From NCBI GenBank assembly GCA_049515895.1, contig JBEKTQ010000021.1:1-64000 (forward strand): a stretch of DNA of 64,000 nucleotides, in the 5' to 3' direction. The notes under the pieces are model-generated. The model was not told the DNA's origin and ran no database searches. It worked only from the letters and a program-made list of their open reading frames with translations. This stretch comes from Candidatus Bathyarchaeia archaeon. Its GTDB lineage: Archaea > Thermoproteota > Bathyarchaeia > Bathyarchaeales > Bathycorpusculaceae. This document shows, piece by piece, positions 58,576 to 64,000 of the stretch (positions are counted from its first letter, which is position 1; every line of letters begins with the position of its first letter). A program made the position numbers and the translations under genes.

Positions 58576-60850
58576 TGTTGGAGTTCTTACAACATTAAAT
58601 GAGATTGCAAAAACTACCCTAATGATACATTGTGATGCAAGCTGCTGCAGATTTGATCACGCAAAATCTCGAGAAATGATATACGAGGAAATTCCCCCAC
58701 TTCTGAGAAAAGAATATCATTCAAGGATTGCAAAGAAAATTGAGGCTGACCAAGAAACTGAAGGTTTCTCCATAAATGACTTGGCGTTTCATTATGATGA
58801 AGCGGGAAATAAGGAAAAAGCCGTGAAATACTCATTACAAGCGGGTCAAATTGCTCTCTCGCGATTCAGCAACGTGGAAGCCATCAAACACTTCAAATAC
58901 GTCTTGGAGAGCATCGCCCAAAATCCTGAAAACGCTGAAGCAAGAAGAACAGCTCAGGAAGGATTAGGCGACGCTTACTACGCCAACAGCGCGTTCAAAG
59001 AGGCAATGAGAACATTCGAGGATTTGGGCAAAAGCGAAACAGGCACTGTTAAGTTGCGGGCGCTCCGAAAAGCAATGGAGTGCGCATTCCAATGTATGGA
59101 TATAGCTCGTTTGATGGAGCTTGTGAAGGAAGCCGAGCCATATGCTGCCGCCGATCGTTTAGAAAGCGCAAGAGTTCTAATGAGCAGAGGCAGAGTTTAC
59201 ATAATGCGACATTTGGTAACCCTCGCCCCTGAAGATCGCATGCACGCACTTGAAGACATGAGAGCTGCTTTGCGCGTTTTTGAAGAAGAGTATTCTCTTT
59301 GGGACGCCGCTTTAGCCTTGATCGGAGCAGGGACAATGCATCCTTTGTTCGGCGAGCCTCAAAAGGGGATAGCGGAGTCGTTGCGTTCGATTGCGCTGTT
59401 TGAGGAATTGGGCGATTTTCGCTTTCAAATGGAGGCGTGCTGGGCTGCAGGCTTAGTATTTGAGCAGATGCTATTGCTTAATAATGAAGCATTGGGTGTG
59501 CTTGCGAAGATTATAGAAATTGATGAGAAAATGAAGATGGGTGATTATAATAGATTGGTTTACGCGTATGCATTCTCAGCTTCGACTCATGAGCAAATGG
59601 GTGATTGGGAAGGAGCGTTGTCTTTCAGTCTGAAAGCTCTGGAGGCGTCGAAGAAGACGGAGAACTTCATAGCTCCGGGGATTGTTTACGCCAACCTTTG
59701 TAGGGAATATGCTAGGCTTGGAGACATGAAGAATGCGGAAGAATACTTCGAGAAACTCATAAAACTGCCTCCTGAAGTACAAAAGAACATTCTTACAAAG
59801 GGGGAATTAGCTAAAGCTGTCTTTTTTGCAGGAAAGGGTCAGTGGAAGGAGTCAAACCAGTTCTTCAAAGATCACATCGAATCTTTTAAAGTGGACCAAG
59901 TCCGCGGAGATGAAGTGCGTGGAAGATTGTTCTATGCTTGGGCTCTCGAAAGGCAGGGACGATTGGAGGAAGCAAAGGTACAACTCGAGTATGTCCAGAA
60001 GTTGTATCGAGATACGGAGGAAATGTTTGCTCATGTTAGTTTGCAAGCGAATTTGATGGTGCCCAAAAAGGTAGAGGTTGGTCAGATATTTGAGGCGCGT
60101 CTTTGCATCGTTAATGTTTCCAGAGGACATGGTTTGCTGGTTAGAGTTGAAAACGATCTGCACCCCGAATTTAGAGTTAGAAACCTTCCGCAAGAGTATA
60201 CGAACAAAAACGAGTTTTTTGATGAAAAGGAAAGAAAACTTGAACCGTTCCAAGTCACGACACTCAAGGTTAAGCTGGAAGGCACAAAAACGGGTGTTTT
60301 CGACTTTAATCTGAAGGTAGTTTACAGAGATGACTTAGGAAAAATTCGAATATGCAACCCTGAGCAATATAACATCACTGTTGAACCCGAAAGTGCGGGA
60401 GTTGGAAGGCAAGAACTAATTGCGCCCAGGTCAGCAGGCAAACCTCACGTCAAAACCTCCGAAAGCGAGAAAACTGAAGCAGGACCAACTGTTATTTTGG
60501 ATGCAAAGTTTGAATTTGCGTCTGAACCATCAAAGATGGCCTTTGATTATCTGGTTAACGCTTTTATTGAAGATTACATGCGACGCAGAATTGCACAAGA
60601 AAAAGCTGGCTGGAGATCTTTAATGAGAATTATTACTAAGGGAAAGTTGCCGAGGTCCAGTTTGTATGGCTATGGAGGACGCAGGGGAAAAGCGTTAATT
60701 GAGTTGGAAAGTCGGGGTCTAGTTGAAGCTCGATTCTTTCCAGGCGAAAGGGGCCGCGGAGGCAAAACCCTGAAAATAAGAGTCGCTTACGAAAAAGAAG
60801 TAATAAAACGCATAGTTGATAGCAGAATAATGAACAAGAAAAATGCATAA
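58559..60850 (+). CDS. TPR repeats plus Ig-like domain and C-terminal wHTH; C-terminal part of the frameshifted AAA-TPR gene
   Basis: RFDH...RE.IY, LAFHY, TPR-like helices, a beta-sandwich segment and ELESRGLVE.RFFPGERGRGG. Confidence 0.8.
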   Translation: MFLRINVGVLTTLNEIAKTTLMIHCDASCCRFDHAKSREMIYEEIPPLLRKEYHSRIAKKIEADQETEGFSINDLAFHYDEAGNKEKAVKYSLQAGQIALSRFSNVEAIKHFKYVLESIAQNPENAEARRTAQEGLGDAYYANSAFKEAMRTFEDLGKSETGTVKLRALRKAMECAFQCMDIARLMELVKEAEPYAAADRLESARVLMSRGRVYIMRHLVTLAPEDRMHALEDMRAALRVFEEEYSLWDAALALIGAGTMHPLFGEPQKGIAESLRSIALFEELGDFRFQMEACWAAGLVFEQMLLLNNEALGVLAKIIEIDEKMKMGDYNRLVYAYAFSASTHEQMGDWEGALSFSLKALEASKKTENFIAPGIVYANLCREYARLGDMKNAEEYFEKLIKLPPEVQKNILTKGELAKAVFFAGKGQWKESNQFFKDHIESFKVDQVRGDEVRGRLFYAWALERQGRLEEAKVQLEYVQKLYRDTEEMFAHVSLQANLMVPKKVEVGQIFEARLCIVNVSRGHGLLVRVENDLHPEFRVRNLPQEYTNKNEFFDEKERKLEPFQVTTLKVKLEGTKTGVFDFNLKVVYRDDLGKIRICNPEQYNITVEPESAGVGRQELIAPRSAGKPHVKTSESEKTEAGPTVILDAKFEFASEPSKMAFDYLVNAFIEDYMRRRIAQEKAGWRSLMRIITKGKLPRSSLYGYGGRRGKALIELESRGLVEARFFPGERGRGGKTLKIRVAYEKEVIKRIVDSRIMNKKNA

Positions 60851-61060
60851 GATTATTTTGCGCTCTATTCAGTAGAATCAGCAATTATTTAACGCAATAG
60901 ACTGTTTAACGGCGTAAATGTGCTCATTCAGCTGTGATTCACATAATGATCTCTTATTTTTGGTTTTTAAGCAGTTTTTTCGGCGCTTTACTACTAGAAA
61001 AATGATTAAGTATTTTTCTAGACCCAGAACATGACAAAGATATCAGTGGAGGTGAAAAAC

Positions 61061-61663
61061 ATGAAGATGAAAAGAATTATGATTTTGGTCTTCTCATTGG
61101 CTTTGGTTGTGGTGTTTGCTGCGTCTACGCCTGCTTTAGCATGCGGGCCACATCATGAGACTTTCACATGGACAGGAATTGGAGTTGGAACCAGTCCTGG
61201 AACCGTCTATGTGGACAGTAATAAGGTTGAGCATGTAACGGGACATACTGCAGAATGGACGTACTCTGCAGCACCATGGGGGACGGGAGCGCCTACAGCC
61301 ACAAGCACAGAATATTTCACCCTTAATTTGAACACACTCACCGGAACCGATTTTGCGCTGAACGTAGGTACCTACCCAGGGGCAGGAGTCACTAATGGCG
61401 TCGCATTCATTAAATTCAATGGACTTGGCATGTTCACCTGCAATGGACCAACTGTAAGCGCTTATGGATACACAGCAACTACAGGGCACTCATACTTCGG
61501 ATTACTGAATTCGGCTGTCGCAACGCAATTCGGCACGAGCGGGACACTGAAAGGACTGTACGCGGTAACTGAATCATCTACTGGAGTAACCGTAAGTAAT
61601 CCGACAACCCACGCACCTCTGTATACCATCGCTGTCGAAACTTACACGTATTGGTTCATTTAG
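61061..61663 (+). CDS. Secreted hypothetical protein
   Basis: GGAGGTGA RBS, signal peptide ending PALA, Thr/Gly-rich body. Confidence 0.75.
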   Translation: MKMKRIMILVFSLALVVVFAASTPALACGPHHETFTWTGIGVGTSPGTVYVDSNKVEHVTGHTAEWTYSAAPWGTGAPTATSTEYFTLNLNTLTGTDFALNVGTYPGAGVTNGVAFIKFNGLGMFTCNGPTVSAYGYTATTGHSYFGLLNSAVATQFGTSGTLKGLYAVTESSTGVTVSNPTTHAPLYTIAVETYTYWFI

Positions 61664-61887
61664 CAAGACGAACCTGTGTGAACAAGTCTGGATAGAGAAA
61701 ATAGGAATTAACCCAATTTTTTTCTTTCTCATAGGCTTTTTCTACGCTGTGCAGATCTGATTTATTTTCATGAAAACTTTTAAAATCGACTAATTGTGTA
61801 AGGTGACTGACAGGGTTGGCACGCGCACGTGTACCTGGGAGTGAGTACCTAGTCGTAAGCGTGTGCGAGTTCGAGAGAGAGAGAGAA

Positions 61888-61904
61888 AGATTAAAACTTA
61901 ATCC
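61888..61904. repeat. 17-bp palindrome, copy 5
   Basis: AGATTAAAACTTAATCC, with (GA)n on the left and ACACAC on the right as in copy 1. Confidence 0.7.
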
Positions 61905-62148
61905 TACACACACCTTTTACGCTTTCTGAAGGTTTGCGGAATTTTTTATTGAGGTTGATTTGGATAGAAATAATGTGGTGTTGGTATTTGTTGGTAGTAT
62001 TCTTTTGAAGAAGAAAGTTTTTGCGCTCTCTTCACTGTTTTGCGCAAATAATTATTCTAAATATGTTTTCTAGGTTAACACACCTTTTTAAGCACCATTG
62101 GATTTTAGTTCAATCAACAAGAATCACGTGATTATTAAGATTTAAGAG

Positions 62149-63090
62149 ATGGAAATTAGCGTGCTAACGAAGCCAAGCGTCCAAATTGAAGAAATGGCAT
62201 GTTTCATGGACGCCTGCTATAAAGGAAAGGTTTCAGTTAATTCGAAAATAAAACTGAAAGACTTTGATTCTGGGTGGGCGCAAAATGAAGAAGCCAAATT
62301 CTTGGGAAAAGGCAAATTAAAGGAAATGGCTAATACACTGTTAGAGCAGAACCGCCGAGAATTGGCGAAAGCGCAGGAGTTGCTTTATGCAAATAATACT
62401 TACGCTTTGCTTGTGATCTTGCAAGGTATGGATGCAGCGGGCAAAGATGGCATTATCAAACATGTAATGTCGGGAGTTAACCCGCAAGGTTGTCAGGTAA
62501 CTAGTTTTAAGCAGCCGTCTATTATGGAGTTAGAGCATAATTTTTTATGGCGACAGGTTGTGGCTTTACCTGAAAAAGGCAAGATTGGCATCTTTAACAG
62601 ATCATACTACGAAGAAGTCTTGATTGTTAAAGTTCATAGAAATCTTTTAGAAAACCAAAATCTTCCGGCGAGAAAATATAACAGCGAGTTTTGGAAAAAC
62701 CGCTATGAGGATATAGCAAATTTTGAACATCATCTTGTTCGAAATGGAACAGTGATTCTAAAGTTTTTTTTGCATATTTCCAAAAATGAACAGGAAAAAC
62801 GCTTAGTTGAACGATTAAACAACCCTGACAAATATTGGAAATTTTCGGATACTGACATTAAAGAAAGGGATTATTGGGATGATTACATGAAAGCTTATGA
62901 GGACATGATAAACAATACAAGCACGAAATGGGCGCCTTGGTATATTATTCCAGCAGACTATAAATGGCTAGCTCGTTCACTAGTTGCCGACATAATGACC
63001 ACAAGCATACTGTCTTTGGGGATCAAATTTCCCATGTTGAGTGAGCAACAATTTGAAGCAATTGAAGAAGCCAAAAGAAAACTTGAATGA
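62149..63090 (+). CDS. ppk2: Polyphosphate kinase 2 family protein
   Basis: QGMDAAGKDG, GVNPQG, FNRSYYEEVL, LKFFLHISK and WYIIPAD.KW motifs. Confidence 0.94.
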   Translation: MEISVLTKPSVQIEEMACFMDACYKGKVSVNSKIKLKDFDSGWAQNEEAKFLGKGKLKEMANTLLEQNRRELAKAQELLYANNTYALLVILQGMDAAGKDGIIKHVMSGVNPQGCQVTSFKQPSIMELEHNFLWRQVVALPEKGKIGIFNRSYYEEVLIVKVHRNLLENQNLPARKYNSEFWKNRYEDIANFEHHLVRNGTVILKFFLHISKNEQEKRLVERLNNPDKYWKFSDTDIKERDYWDDYMKAYEDMINNTSTKWAPWYIIPADYKWLARSLVADIMTTSILSLGIKFPMLSEQQFEAIEEAKRKLE

Positions 63091-63169
63091 GCATCATAAT
63101 AGTAGACATGATAAGTTATCATTCTAGAAGCAGGCAGGTTTCGTTGGTGACAGATTCAAGCGGTTGTTT

Positions 63170-63186
63170 GGATTAAAATCTAATTC
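63170..63186. repeat. 17-bp palindrome, copy 6
   Basis: GGATTAAAATCTAATTC. Confidence 0.6.
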
Positions 63187-63269
63187 TCTTTTTCATTTGT
63201 TTTGTTGTTCTCCCCGTGGCTAGACCATTACCAATAAATCGTTCAGCTACTTCTTTTTGGCACGGTCGT

Positions 63270-64000
63270 TTGACCAAGTTGGAACAAGAAAACTTCAGCC
63301 TATATCCAAATCTAATTCGTGTTTCAACGGGCACCGCCATAGTTCTCGGGTTGCTACAAGGCAAGCTAGATGCTGAGCCTTCAACGGCATACTTGATGAC
63401 TTACAGGAACGGCAAGTGCACGGCTAACTGTGGCTTCTGTCCTCAAGCTCGCGGCAGCAAGAGCAGCGCAGAGTTGCTTTCCAGGGTTACTTGGCCAACC
63501 TTTTCAACTCCTAAAGTTTTGTCGGCACTCGGAGACAGGTTCAGGAAAGGCAAAATCAAGAGGGTCTGCATTCAAGCCTTAAATTACCCTGAAGTTTTCG
63601 CGCATCTAGAAGCCCTCGTCAAAGAAATAAAAAGGAATGCAGCAGTTCAGGTTTCGGTTTCCTGCCAGCCTCTGAGCAGAACAAATATTGAGCTTTTGGC
63701 GAAAGCAGGCGTTGACAGGTTAGGGGTAGCTTTCGATGCGGCAACCGAGCCACTTTTTGACCAAGTTAAGGGTAAAGGTGCAGGAGGCCCTTACAGCTGG
63801 AGTAACCAGTTCCAAATGCTAGCTGAGGCTTTAGCGGTTTTTGGAAAGGGAAATGTCAGTACACATGTTATTGTTGGGCTCGGCGAGATTGAACAGGAAG
63901 CGGTACAGCTAATTCAGAAGTCCGTTGACATGGGTGTTTTGCCTGCTCTTTTTGCTTTCACCCCCGTTCGTGGAACCTCGCTCGAAAAGAATTCGCCGCC
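63270..64000 (+). CDS. Radical SAM protein, probably LipS2-type lipoyl synthase subunit; runs off the window end
   Basis: Not in the ORF track; translated by hand from TTG 63270: IRVSTGTAIVLGL...STAYLMT...CTANCGFCPQAR...LSRVTWP...LFAFTPVRGT. Confidence 0.75.
   Translation, partial: MTKLEQENFSLYPNLIRVSTGTAIVLGLLQGKLDAEPSTAYLMTYRNGKCTANCGFCPQARGSKSSAELLSRVTWPTFSTPKVLSALGDRFRKGKIKRVCIQALNYPEVFAHLEALVKEIKRNAAVQVSVSCQPLSRTNIELLAKAGVDRLGVAFDAATEPLFDQVKGKGAGGPYSWSNQFQMLAEALAVFGKGNVSTHVIVGLGEIEQEAVQLIQKSVDMGVLPALFAFTPVRGTSLEKNSP

Overview
Archaeal chromosome segment, most likely Bathyarchaeia (inferred from an eL22-like ribosomal protein, a HdrA-MvhD fusion, a PQQ-like beta-propeller surface protein, DUF1512, an unlinked 5S rRNA and LipS1/LipS2-type radical SAM genes). 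Housekeeping blocks (about 15.3-20.7, 24.8-33.3 and 38.2-42.6 kb) alternate with accessory blocks holding surface proteins, a TFB paralog, zinc-ribbon proteins, a PLD-like protein, an integrase remnant, a CheB/CheR-histidine kinase, an AAA-TPR protein and PPK2. The most unusual signals are non-coding. (1) A ~316-nt candidate RNA gene at 13698-14013 has three ~90-nt covarying pseudoknot-like units closed by a stem with bulge-helix-bulge geometry, which predicts a 289-nt circular RNA with threefold pseudo-symmetry. (2) A dispersed family of 8 full copies and 1 truncated copy joins a conserved ~65-bp anchor to a 10-bp-periodic array; arrays and anchor tails appear to reassort between loci. (3) A 17-bp palindrome family has 6 copies. 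(4) Two further repeat families lie around the integrase remnant and the CheB/CheR kinase gene. All calls were made by eye from the sequence and the supplied ORF track; no database searches or folding programs were run.
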